Source of the DNA: the human T2T-CHM13v2.0 reference genome, Homo sapiens
Reading direction: 5' to 3' (one strand)
Length of the DNA: 64,000 nt
Assembly (NCBI RefSeq): GCF_009914755.1
Contig: NC_060925.1
Every line of letters begins with the position of its first letter. Within the stretch, counting starts at the first letter, position 1. The translations under genes and the position numbers were made by a program. Shown here piece by piece: positions 19,855 through 45,536 of this stretch. Under the pieces are notes generated by a model. That model was not told the origin of the DNA, did no database searches, and saw nothing but the letters and a program-made list of their open reading frames with translations.

Positions 19855-21495
19855 TTTCTGCCCTTATTGCTCTGCTGAAACTGTTCTTACCAAGATAAAT
19901 CTGACATGTTTTATCCTCATGTTACTTGTCTGTTTTGCGGTATTGATGATCTTAATTACTCCCTCCTTGAAACTTCCTATTCCTTTACATACTGTGATAC
20001 CAGCCTTTCCTGTCTTTCTCTCACCACTATAGTCTCTTCTCCTCAATTTACTTCTCAGCTCTTTGTTCTCTCTCCATACCTTAAATGCAAGTGTTCCCCA
20101 AGTTTCCCCCTTTATTTTCACTCTAATACATACTCCTTGGGTGATTTTTAAATCTTCTTTAATGGGTTCATCTACCACCTACATGAGGAAGGTGCCCAAA
20201 TGTATATCTGGTCCAAATTTCTTTTCTGAGTGCCAGACCTGCTTATACAGCTTTCTATGAAATATTCCACTTGGATTTCCAAAGATACTTTAAACATATA
20301 CCTATTTAAATATATTACAATTTATTCATTCAATTGTTGATGTACATGTAGGTTGTTTCTTGTTGCTATTTTTTTCTCCTTTATAACATGTGTTCCTTTC
20401 CCTGTATTTCCTGTTTTAGTGAATAGTGCCACATCCACCCAGTTGCCCAAGCCAGCAACTTGAGAATTATTCTTTACCACTATACCTTACCAACCCTCAT
20501 CATGAGCCCATCCTTCCCCTACATCCCATTTACTTAGTCACAAATCGTAATAGCTTTAACTCTTAATTTTTTTTCCTCTGTCCCATAGACTTTATCCCAT
20601 CAGACCCTTTTGATCAATATCAGTACCATTTATTGAATACTGGCTGTGTGCTTTTAGTATACATCAAATAATTTAACCTGCAATAACTCTGTGAGGATGG
20701 TAGTTTTATCCCAATTATACATATGAGAAAATTGAGGCTCAGAAACACTGTCTTATGTAAGGTTACACAGCTGCTAAATGGTAGAGAGGATGAGGCAGGA
20801 TTGGAATTCAAAACTGTCTGACTTCAAAGCCTGTACCCTTAACCATTATATTCTGCTGGACCACAGTTATCATTCTCAACAACAGTGTCTTTTCTGGTCC
20901 CCCTGGCTACAGTCATGCTTTCTCTAATTGATGTCACTCCTTTATTTTAAATCCTTCAATGGCTCCCGCTTGCTAAGAACTTGATAAAGTCTAAGTTCTT
21001 AGCATGGAATACTCTCCCTCCATGTCTGGTCCTTACTGTTCTTTTCAGTTTTACATCTCTCCTCTTTGCCTCTGTGCTCCAGCTATGCTGAACCACATGC
21101 AGCAACTCAGGTGTATTGCAGTCACTTTTATACTTTTGTGCCTTTCTAATTATTTCGTTTTCTTCTTTGCCTGGCTAACTCATTTGTCCTTCAAGACTCC
21201 ATTTAGATCCCCCAGACATTCTATTAAGAAACATTTCCTAACTGACTTCTAAACCATTTTGGTGCATGTCCTCTGTGCTCTCAGAATACCCTATGCTCTA
21301 TCATAGCACTAGCACATATTTTTTATCATTGTAATTGTCACACCTCCTCGAACAAACTGATTGTTCTCTTTTTGCCTCCTGATTAGAATGACAGCTCCCT
21401 AAGGACCAGTGCTAGTTTTTAATCCTTCTTTTTTTTTTTTTTTGTAACCACAGTGCCTAGCACATGGAAGCATTCCTCAAATATTTGTTGGCTAA
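19855..21495 (+). mobile_element. Degraded L2 with a nested MIR (-, about 20620-20860)
   Basis: ctgaaactgttcttaccaag...ccacccagttgcccaagccagcaacttgaga...ccttcaatggctccc...cacagtgcctagcacatgg...caaatatttgttg. Confidence 0.7.
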
Positions 21496-22340
21496 CTAAA
21501 ATGCTGGAAATTAAACAATTTAAATTGAGCATAAAAGTACCTGTTCTTGTACACATTGATTTTTATTATCTCCAGAAGATTTTGTTTTTGATTTTGATTT
21601 GGAGGTGTAGGTAATTGAAGCAACAACAATTTATTCTACATGGTAGCTTATACCCTGGAGTCTTTATATGATTGACACAAAAGTGGGTTTGCCTTCCCTA
21701 TGTCAAGTTAGTAGAAATTCTCGCACAGACTCAGAATGGTTCATAGAATCCCTGGAAGGAACTTGGCAGCTTCAGCTTACCTAGGGAGATTCTCTTAAAA
21801 TAATGGAAAACATGAGTCTTCTATGGTAAGAAATACCTACTCCAAAGTGGTAAAAAGTGGTAGTAGTTCTGGATTGCATGGTATAAACCAAGGTTCTCAG
21901 AGGTTTCATGAAACTCAGTTGGTGCTTTTAAAGTCTTCCTTTGCCTTTGAAAATACGGCAACTTTTTAAAAATTTTCTTTAGTCTAAATGAAAGACTAAG
22001 GAGAAAACACCCAGGTCACGCCTTTCTGACAGGCTTAAACAAGTATGTGCTTATTTTTATACCTTAGAACAATTTAATAATATGTGGCATTTATTATATA
22101 TATTAATTTTCTGGTTTAATTGTGGTGGGAGTATAAAAGAAAACTAGTCCCCACTCTTAGGTTTATTGTCTGTTGTAATGATTATATAATAGTCAAAGTA
22201 GTATATAATCAATTTTTAAAATGTGGTGTTCAAGCCCATTCCTTCAATAGGGCAAATGGGATAGTCACCATATGCTCTGCCCTTGTTGGTAGAGGGTGAG
22301 GAAGGGACACCTTACTCCTTTTTTCTAAATACCACTGTCT

Positions 22341-23990
<1,650 letters not shown>

Positions 23991-24147
23991 AAATCACTAT
24001 GCTTTGTGAAATTAATGCAAAGACTATCAAAGGAAATGCAGGTTGATCTGGAGGCACTATTTGAAGATAGTCAGTGATCTTGCTTCCAGTACTCTGTTGT
24101 TTATGTGTTTTGGAGCTCTGTGTGAATGCCTTTTCTCCTTTTTACAG

Positions 24148-24190
24148 ACATGGCTGGATTCCGCCAAAGAAATAAAAAAGCAGGTTCGTG
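24148..24190 (+). CDS. EPB41: EPB41 exon 6 (43 nt)
   Basis: cttttctcctttttacag|ACATGG...GTTCGTG|gtaagt; TWLDSAKEIKKQVR(G); phase 0-1. Confidence 0.96.
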
Positions 24191-25393
24191 GTAAGTGGAT
24201 ATAGCTCTTTTTATAGTTCTTTCTTTCTTTTAGTAGGTCAGAGGATTTCCAACCATTTCTGGCTGTGAGTCAGTCACTTTAGAATCCTGACTACTGCAGA
24301 TTGCTTTGAAATCGAGATAAAGCCTTTTCCTGGAAGGAGGAGATTCCATAATAGAAAAATATAGCAGAGGTGGATACTATTGAGATGTAGGTCAGATTTT
24401 GTTGATTTTTTTTTTTTTACAACTGGGCAAAGTTGGGGAAGATAGGAAGAGTTGAGAGTAACAGAAGGTGGAAAAGAACAAAGATGAGAAAAGAAAAAGG
24501 ATATGGGAGTCAGTTCTCAAAATGGTAGTGACTTGAAACCGCAGTTGCCTACTAGGAGTTTGCTGCCATATCCTATTCCTTTGAAATTGTTCTGAACTAT
24601 TGCATTATAAATTTTATGTTTTCCTCTTTATGGTTGTTTTCATCCCTTTTAACAGTCCTCTTCCAAACTGCAGTATAAAGGACTGTGGAAGAAAAAAAGA
24701 ATGGAAAGACAAGAATTGCTTGCCACTGACCCTTCTGACATTGTGGCTTTGCTCCTAGCTCTAACTCTAATGTATAGTCCCGCTTTACACCCTGATCAGA
24801 CTGGTGTCCTGGGATAAATATTTCTGGGCTGAAAAAAGTACAGATTAGTATTTTGCAGTTCCAGGCCCAGTGGCTAATTAAGACTACCTGTCCTTTTAGT
24901 TTAGTTTTGAAGAAACTTCCAGGAAATGCAATAGTTGTTATTTATCATGATTAGTAAGTTTTAACACTCACCTGAAAACAAACTTTACTTTTCATTTGTT
25001 TCTTAGAAGAAAACACTTTTGTTATGGTGAAATGTTTTTCTTTAGACCCTATTTGTAATTGTTTAGTTTTCTTAACGGAAGAAACAAAATACTCTTTTGG
25101 ACTGATAACTCTCTGTATTTGCTTTCTACCTATAAAAGCTCGTTTTAAAATGCAAGTCAGAGCAAACAAATATTCAGAATATTTGAGACACCACAAGAAA
25201 AATATAACTCCTTGCTCCTTTCAATGAAAATACTTTTAATATGAAATATTAGGAACATATGATTATCCAAGAAGATTCTTTAAGAGAAAAAGTTAACAGA
25301 GTTTATGATGAGTAAAAAAGAATATCTAGTAGATTATCTTCCTGGGTATTTAAAAAAAAATCTTGCTAAGAAAAGGAACCTTAATATTTTTCA

Positions 25394-28807
<3,414 letters not shown>

Positions 28808-29660
28808 TGAAAGCCTAAGTGTTATTATTTCTTCCTATCTCCCTTTTAAAATGTTTGATGAAGTACTTAATCCCCTGAACTGAATCTTCCTTGGAGCCCA
28901 CCTAATTTATTAAATCCTGCGCTCTTTAAAAACAGCCTACTGATGTCTTTTAAGAAAATGGCTTTTATTGGATTCTATAAAAATATTAACTAAAAAAGAA
29001 AATGGAAAATCAATATATTATAAAGTACTACTGTGCATATTTATATTCATGACATCTTGCATAGGGTCTTATCCACAGGAGATGCTTGTCAAATGTTTCT
29101 TAAATTAAACTGTTGGTTGTTGAGTAACTGCTTTCTATTTCTGATTTTGCTGCCAACTATCTGATTCCAGGCAGATTTACAGTCTTTAGGCCTAGATAGT
29201 TTCCATATCTCTCAAATAAGAGAATAGACTAACCTCTTTAAAAATCTGATTATTAAGTTCTATACAAAGTCAATGCCATTTTTTCTTATTATTTGTCATC
29301 TAGTCATCCTCAGTACATTCTTGAAGTTGAGATGCCGGATTTCTGCCTTAAAAGATTCCTTTGGTTATTTCTTTTTCACAGTAATATTTGTCTTTTGGAG
29401 TTGCTACTTAATCATCTTTTTCCGTCTAGGCTTATGTATAAAACAAAACACATTTCTAAAAATCTTTGCTAATTATTTACATTTTAGAGGAGTTTAAAAT
29501 TTTTGTGCCTTGTTTGGCATTGTTCTGACATTTAAAAAAATGTACGTTATGACTAATTATAGCAAAATGTTATTTAATATCTTATAATAGAAGCAAAGAT
29601 ATGATTCTAATTAATTTAGGAATTGTCAATTTAATAATACTTTCCTGTTTGGTAAAACTG

Positions 29661-29985
29661 TCTGAATTGGTGAACTCAGTCAGTTAGAACACGTGGTAAG
29701 GAAGTCAGGGCCATAGGTGTGAACGTTACACTGATGGAGAGAAAAGTGTCAGCGTGGTAAGGCACTCATTTGGTTTGTTGGACTGAACTGTTTTAACTGC
29801 AAACTGTGCAGTTCCCAACAGTTTAGCACACAGATGGGATTAGTCTTACAAGGTGGCTAATAGTATGTAGAAAGCTGCATGCGACTTAACTCATCTTGGA
29901 GAGAAAATACACCAGAATATTTATATCCTAGTGAAAATGTCAGTAATGTCATCTTTGTATATGAAGGACTATATCTGCACACTTG
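29661..29985 (+). mobile_element. Ancient tRNA-derived SINE, possibly MamSINE1
   Basis: Head ctgaattggtgaactcagtcagttagaacacgtgg is tRNA A-box-like; end gtcagtaatgtcatctttgtatatgaaggac resembles MamSINE1 as I recall it. Confidence 0.4.
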
Positions 29986-30509
29986 GCATAGCAATGTGAT
30001 AGAAAAGAAAGGGCCTGGTTTTGGAGCCAGTCTTCATTACTACCTGACACCGAGCACGCTAAGCTTCTGAGCTGCTTCCTCATCTATAATCTGGCAATGA
30101 TACCTACCTCACAAGTTTTTTTTATGTGTGTGTGTGAAGATTAGGTGAGATAATTTATATATCTGTGGTACTTAGTATACTTAAAAAAATAGTAGTTTCA
30201 TTACTTCCTTTAGACTTTTCCAACCTTTCCTCTTTCTAAATGTGTCCAATATAGTTACAGTATTTTTTTTAAGTTTTAATATGTAAAAATTTCAAACACA
30301 CAGAGAGAAATAATAGCGCAATGAACTACCATATACCAACTACCTAGATTGAAGTTATTATTATCTCATATTTACTTAATTGCTTTCTTTTCTTCTGTGT
30401 CCTTATTTTTTCTCTCTCTCCCTTTCTGTTTCTCCCCTTTTCTCCTTTTTCTCTCTTTATATTTTGTTGTTGTTGTTGCTGACATAACATTTTTCTCTTT
30501 TGGCTGTAG

Positions 30510-30728
30510 ATATTATTTATGTCTTCAGCTTCGGCAGGACATAGTTGCAGGACGTCTGCCCTGTTCCTTTGCAACCTTAGCATTATTAGGTTCTTACACC
30601 ATCCAGTCTGAACTGGGAGACTACGACCCAGAACTCCATGGCGTGGATTATGTTAGTGATTTTAAACTGGCCCCGAATCAGACCAAGGAACTTGAAGAGA
30701 AGGTCATGGAACTGCATAAGTCATACAG
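30510..30728 (+). CDS. EPB41: EPB41 exon 8 (219 nt), FERM alpha-lobe (glycophorin C-binding region); in-frame ATG in strong context at 30706
   Basis: ggctgtag|ATATTAT...TCATACAG|gtgaat; (R)[72 protein letters not shown](R); phase 2-2. Confidence 0.97.
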
Positions 30729-31420
30729 GTGAATATGTCTCCAGGGTTTGTTCGGTGTTTGTTTTGGCGATTAGTTTAAACACTTAACATGGTATTGGTT
30801 CAGTGTTTGCCTAAGAGGGATCATGGTGCCATAGAAAGAGTCAGTTTCCTCCACTGTTTGACTTTGGGCAGGTTACTTAACCTCTCTTAATCTAAGCTTT
30901 CTCATCAGAGTAATAGGCATTGCATTGTAGGGTGAAAACTAAATGAGGTAATATATGTAAAGCACTTAGCACAGTGGCTGGCTCAGTGCTCAGCAAATGG
31001 CAGCTATTATTATTTTTGTTTCCTTACCTTTTATTTTTTATCAGATTTAAAGCTCATTATGCTGCATTAGGTACCTTGAGATCCTTAGAGCAGGGGTTTT
31101 TAATTTGAGATCTTTATACATGGATAGATTTCAGAGGGCCCGTGAAACTCTTGGAAGTATTTTTAAAAGTCTTTATTAAATTTACTGACTATACTGCTTT
31201 TATACATGAAAATGATTGGTAATGCTGGGAGTTATCAAGTGATCAAGAACAAGAGTTTACAGTCAGTCTGAGCTGGGTTGAAATCTTGACGTTGGTTCCA
31301 ACCTTGTGACCTTAGGTCTTTCAATTATAATGTCTCTGAGCCTCAGGTTTCTTATATTTCTGATGGAGATTATCACCTCAGAGAAACTAGGGGGACTGCT
31401 AGGTTTAGAAAAGGTATTGT

Positions 31421-33230
<1,810 letters not shown>

Positions 33231-33450
33231 TAATGAGTCTTTTAATGGTTATCTGATCATAATAGAATCTCAGGTTTGAGAGGACTTATAGTCTCTCATC
33301 CAATGCTTGATTCTCCTTTATAGAATTGTTACATAATAATCATAATAAGTAGCCAGTTATTGTGCATCTATTATTATGTGCAAGATACTATGATAAGCAC
33401 TTTATGTAAAACATCACGTTTAATCTTTATAACCACCCTTTGAGTTAGGA

Positions 33451-36083
<2,633 letters not shown>

Positions 36084-36341
36084 AGTTGGGGCAATAGGGC
36101 ACCATAGTTAAAATCTTGGGCTCTGGAGTTAGCCTTTCTTTAAATTCAGACTCCATTCCTTGTTAACTGTGTGCCTCTTGGTAAGTTACTTAAGCTCTCT
36201 AAGCTTCAGTTTTTTCATCTGAAAAATAAGGGCAATAATGTGAATTTTCTAATTGTTAAATCAGAAAATTTATATAAAGTGATTAGTACAATGACAGTAT
36301 ATAGTGAGAGTTCAAATATCTGCTATGATAATAATAATTCT

Positions 36342-36965
<624 letters not shown>

Positions 36966-38049
36966 ATTCTTATCCTCACTTCACAAGTGATGAATGTATG
37001 TGTCTTGGTTTGGAGAACTAGTTTTAACCTTTATCAGAATGTAAACCCAATTAGGTGAAACAATCTCAAGGGACAAATGGATATAGTTCAGCTGATATTC
37101 TGTTAGAGATGTGGTAGAAATTGAGCAATAATGGATCGCCGTGACCAGAACATTTAGGAGTCTGTCATCTTGGAATTTACTTGCTCCTTTTTGGAAAGAT
37201 TTGCAACCCTCACAAACCCAAAGGAACAATTTAATTATGTCCAACAACATGGCATTTTAACTAATCCAAAGAAACTTCCACTGAGGCATATGCATTTTAC
37301 TATGCATTGGAAAGTGCAGTACAAGCACTTCTCAGATAGAAGACAGCCTGCATAAATGGAATCCTTAGTAGTGGCCCTTTGCCCAGACTGGGATTTTAAA
37401 GCTATAATTAACACTTTAAATTTACACTAGCAAATCAAGCTTTAAAATTAATTGCCCTCCATTTATTGGTATTAGGAAGGTATGTAAACTTGTCTATTGT
37501 CCCCCACTTAATTCTTTGAAATCACAATCCTTAATTAGGAGATATAACAAACATTATTAAAAGGGGGTCACATAACACTGGAACACACCGAATAGCTCTA
37601 TCCTGATTGCACTTGCTTGAAATAAATGCAGGGAAACTTTATTGTAACTTCTCTTTTTAATGAGCTTTAACCAGTGCCGGAGCTTCCTGGTCAGGTACTT
37701 TTGTAAGCTGCAGTACTTACAAGTAGTAAATTATTAGGTGGTACTGAAAAAATTCAAGACAGTACTTTTAATGGTTTAGAGGTATCTAATCTCTTCCCAG
37801 CTGGTTTGTTATGACGCTCAAAGGTCTTGGAAATTTTAGGGAAAACCTTGATCATTAAAATTTAAGGCAAAAAATAATTTATTTTGTGATATTAATCTTT
37901 CAAATATATGTGTTGTGTTAACATGCACAGATGTCTGTGGGTGGTGAGATTATATATTTTCTATGCTTTTAATGATATTTTCCAAATTTTATACAGTGAA
38001 TGTGTATGATTTTTATAATCAGATAAAGCTTTCTGGCAACATTAGGTGG

Positions 38050-38929
38050 GGCAGAGCAAGGTAGTCATCCATGCAGAGGGGCAGTCTGGCTTGGGATATT
38101 GAGGCCTAAGCAGAGTGAGGAGTGGGTCCGTGGGTTGGAGGGCAGCCTGGCATGAAGAGTCAGAGCTCAAGTGGATGAGGATGGTAGTCATGTGTGGGCA
38201 CCTGGTGGTGGGTTTCAGAAGCCAAGCAGAGCAAGAAGGGCATCCATGTGGGGGAAAAGCCTACACAGGATGTGGAGGGCATCCATACAGGGTGGTGCTT
38301 GATGCACAGTGTCAAAGCCTAAGCAGGGTGAAGAGATGGTCCCACACCAGCAGTCAGAACCCTGGTGAGGTAAGGAGGACATCCACGTGTGCTGAGTAGC
38401 CCAGAATGGGGAATTCAGGGTTCAAGTACAGTGAGGAGGACATCCACATACAGTAGGGGTTTGTGGCTGCAATGAGAGATTATATGATTATACAGAGGGA
38501 TTGATCAAATTAGTCAATGTATTCAGGGTAATGGGAGCCAGGTTTCTCACTGTCAGTAAAGTGAGACACAAATTATGGAAAGGGAGAAACTAAAATGAAC
38601 CCTGTTAGGATATTGCGTTAAAACTGGAGGCTTCAATGTGAACTTGTGGTTTCCAATATATAGATAGGTAGATATAGAAATATAGATGTAAAAAGGTAGA
38701 TACATACACAGATACATACTCTAACTCTACATTGTGTCAGAAGGAAGTACTGGAAGAATGATGGGAAATGGTCAGAAGGACACAGAATCCAGCTTGGAGA
38801 GGTTCCCACTACCAAATCTGGGGCAATTTAAGCATCAAAATAGATAAGGAAAATAATTGATATACTGCATTGAATAAAATGAAAATTCGTGAGTCCATAC
38901 TGACATAAATAAATAAATTGAAATTTTAA
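38050..38929 (+). mobile_element. L1MC/L1MD-type 3' UTR fragment including its degenerate G-rich repeat array
   Basis: gagggattgatcaaat...aatgggagccaggtttctcactgtcag...ggaaagggagaaactaaaatgaaccctg...cccactaccaaatctggggcaatttaagcatcaaaat. Confidence 0.7.
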
Positions 38930-41347
<2,418 letters not shown>

Positions 41348-42689
41348 TTCTAAAATTCATCTCGTCAATAACAGTAACAACAACAGAAACATAAAATAGG
41401 AGTAATGTTAACTAGAAAAAAATGTAACTTAGATGGAAAAAAATTAAAAACTACAAAACTTTCCTGAAATGTTTTTAATGACTTGAATATACAGACTTGC
41501 ATAAGGGGCTAATTTTCCCATTCTCCTTTTTTTAATCTTCAATTTCAGGTTCATTAATAAATAGAATTAGGTGTGATGCTTCAGTGCTTGTGAAAATAAG
41601 TTTGTTCATGAAGGCTAAATCAGTAGCAAATCTGCACCCTGTCTCCTGTTGTATACATATTTTGGTGGTTGTTGTTCCAAGGAATCCTTTGTCCTTTTAA
41701 TTAGGGTAAAGACAGATGGATTTGGAAGAGACTTTTCCTTGTGAAATGAAGAGACCCCTGCAGCTTTCTGTAGCTTGAGGCAGTCTTATGGGAAACTGGC
41801 GTTTACTGTTTTTTCCTTGGGGATGTGGCTGCATTATTGTTACTGTTAAGTTATACTTGATTGGTCTGAATTGTGCAGCATTAGGAGTGATATTTTTGTC
41901 TTTGAAAGCTCTATATAACAGCTCATGAACACTTTTCAAAAGACGGGAAATTTATAGAGGAGAAGAAAAGACTGTCACAGCGAGTGTTTAGACAGTGAGA
42001 CTGACTGTTTTCAAACAAATCTAATTCATTATATGCCTGGTAATGAAGACATATTAATAACAGAGAAAACAGCCCCATTATCTATGTGCTTCCGTGAACC
42101 AGTTTATTTTGTTTATATCAGTGGGCAGGACACCATCTGTTACCAGAAATTTTCTTTTCATCAAGCCTGCCCCGATTAAGAGTCCTCAGTTAAGTAACAT
42201 CAGCTGCCCTCTTGTTTAATTTCCATAACTCAATTCAGGGGTATGGAGAGAAAAAGGCAGCTATAAGAGGATATTGTAAATTACACCATGCCCTCTGAGG
42301 ATTTAATTTGGTCATCTCCTTGGCAAGAAAAATTAGCGGGAGGAGCTTATGTATGTCGGAGAAAAAGAGTGAAGAGAAGGGGGCAGAACTAATGATAGAT
42401 GAAATAGCTTTAAGGAAATTGTTTAGTAGGATTAAAAAAATTTTTTTTGCAGCTTTTTGGTGACTTTTTGTTTGCTCACATTGTCTTTTTCTAAGGTATA
42501 TTTTAATTATTTAGATACAGGCAGTGATGGGTTCTGTTCCATAATAACCTACTTTCAGGACTAGGAAATATATCTTAATATAGTGGTATGTATATGTTCA
42601 TGTGTTTAAAATACAGTGAATATATAAATGTTACTGTAAATGATGACACTATAACACTGAAAGAATTTTATGTTTTTATTCTATCAAAG

Positions 42690-42777
42690 GTCCATGACTC
42701 CAGCTCAGGCTGACTTGGAGTTTCTTGAGAATGCCAAAAAGTTGTCTATGTATGGAGTTGATCTTCATAAAGCAAAG
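42690..42777 (+). CDS. EPB41: EPB41 exon 9 (88 nt), includes the AKKLSMYGV calmodulin-related site
   Basis: ctatcaaag|GTCCATG...GCAAAG|gtaatg; (R)[29 protein letters not shown]; phase 2-0; AAG-type acceptor. Confidence 0.96.
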
Positions 42778-42918
42778 GTAATGATAACTTTGCCCTTTAT
42801 TAATATGCATGTGGAAGATATTATATGATACATGTCTGTTATGTATGTATCACATCTGTGTCATATAATACTTTTTAACAACATCTGGGGTATTTTAAAA
42901 CATTCAAAAGAGATAGTA

Positions 42919-43398
<480 letters not shown>

Positions 43399-43578
43399 TC
43401 TTGTTAGCATTTTAAGTGTATCAGTTAAATCAGTCAACTGTATCAATTGAATTTGCCCCATAGCAATTCCACCCTCAGAATAAAGTTTCATATCCAAGCT
43501 ACTGTTAAGATCAAAAGATAGCCCCTAGAGAAAAAGAAATTGATTTTCCTAACATGCAGTAACATTTGAAAATATAGA

Positions 43579-43955
43579 GCAGTGGGCAGCAAGTCCTGTT
43601 TCACAGCCAGCATCACCTACATCGAATCACTGAGGATGTTCATTAAATATGTAGATCCCTGAGCTTCTCTCAGATGTATGGAATTAATTTGGAGGCGAGG
43701 TTCTAGAATGTCTTGGTTTAATGAGCACCCAAATGATTCTAATTCATGCCTGAATCTGAGAACCACTGGCCTAGAGTAGTGGTTCTCAAAGTATGGTGTC
43801 TGAGCCAGCAACATTTAACATCACCTAGGAACTTGTTAGAAATGCACATTTCAGGCCCCATCCCAGGCCTGCTGAGTTAGACTCTCTGGAGGTGGAGCTC
43901 AGCAATCCATTTTAAGTTCTCCAGGTTGTTCTGATGCACACTGAATGAACCACAG
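43579..43955. mobile_element. Two tandem MER5-family (hAT-Charlie) elements
   Basis: ...tgagaaccactg gcctagag tagtggttctcaaagtatgg...catcacctaggaacttgttagaaatgca...; 8-bp hAT-type target between them. Confidence 0.8.
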
Positions 43956-44104
43956 TGGCTCATTCAAAAACCACTTGGGTAGGGCCCTGGAAACTTGAGC
44001 TTTAATCCTAGTTCTACCTAATACAGCCTAACAGAATGAATCCTTAAGGAAAGTCTCCTTACTTCTCTCTTCTTCAGCTACTAAAGTTGCTGGGGAGGTC
44101 CAGT

Positions 44105-44412
<308 letters not shown>

Positions 44413-45383
44413 AGTTGTTCTGGATTATTTTGGGCTGGGTACTACAACTTCTATGAATCTCTAAAGTATATTGTAGGAAGATCAGTACATCAGATTAGGT
44501 ATGTTTCTAAAACTGAAATGGTTAGATTTTGCTTCACAATTCCTGCTGGAAGCTGGTGTCAATTCAGGTATTGATGGAGTCAGGCAGCATGTTCCCTTCC
44601 CAAATATTGTAAAGCAAATTGTTTCTCCAAAGTGAAATGTAGTTATACCCACAAGCTTTAAAAATTTAAGAGGGCATCTTCTGGGAAATTCTCAGTTACA
44701 TAGTCACTGAATTGGAACTGTATGTAATTCCTGCTTCTCTGTTATAACACGTGTAGGCACTAATATATTTCTCTATACTCATTTTGGGGGAAAGAGTAGT
44801 CAAGAAGCATTTAACTTTGTGTTTTGATTACTTAGCTAAACAAACTGTTAGCTGTAGGGACTAACTTAGGTGAAATTTATTTTCTTTGAATTATAGACAT
44901 AGATGATTAATATTACATATTTAATTTTTTAAAGTTGTCTTTAATAAAGAGGCATATAAATATGATTTCATTGTGCCTTAATGTAACTTCTTGACTTAGG
45001 GATCATATTTTTAATTTAATATACTTAACATCAATTTTAAGAACCTAAGATTGTCTTATGCTGAGTTTATATAGGAATAGAGTCAACTCCTACATTTAAC
45101 ATCATTTCTGGAGCTGTTAACACTTTATCATAAAAAAACAAGAATTAATAATTGTGCGTGTATATTTGGTAGTATACATAGCTCTAAGCCCTGCTCTCCA
45201 GGAAGTCATGACTGCTGATTTAAACATAATAGGTCCATAAATTATAACTGTTAGGCTGAGCTTTATTTTTCATTGTATGTTTTGTAACTGTTTTTGGTTG
45301 TTATCTTCAGATTATCTAGTAATAGTCAACAGTGTATTGAGTACTTTGCTCCAGACTGAAATCCTAACATTTTTCTTTTTCAG

Positions 45384-45536
45384 GACTTGGAAGGAGTAGA
45401 TATCATCCTAGGTGTCTGCTCTAGTGGCCTTCTGGTTTACAAAGATAAGCTGAGAATTAACCGCTTCCCTTGGCCCAAAGTGCTGAAGATTTCTTATAAA
45501 CGTAGTAGCTTTTTCATCAAGATTCGGCCTGGAGAG
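45384..45536 (+). CDS. EPB41: EPB41 exon 10 (153 nt), FERM C-lobe (p55-binding region, YKRS motif)
   Basis: tttttcag|GACTTG...GGAGAG|gtacag; [51 protein letters not shown]; phase 0-0. Confidence 0.97.

Noticed and set aside
21729-21825. Possible cryptic exon ending ATG|gtaaga
   Set aside because: The acceptor lacks a convincing pyrimidine tract; isolated donor-like words are common.
29661-29725. tRNA-like sequence
   Set aside because: No intact cloverleaf or B-box; best read as a decayed SINE head.
30481-30489. gacataaca upstream of exon 8 matches the end of exon 7
   Set aside because: A 9-nt match is expected by chance in 64 kb.
30349-30509. Hydrophobic N-terminal extension of the exon 8 ORF, resembling a signal peptide
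   Set aside because: It is the polypyrimidine tract read in frame from a TTG; F/L/S richness follows from base composition.
43759-43789. Inverted repeat gagaaccact...agtggttctc
   Set aside because: Explained by the abutting TIRs of two tandem MER5 elements.
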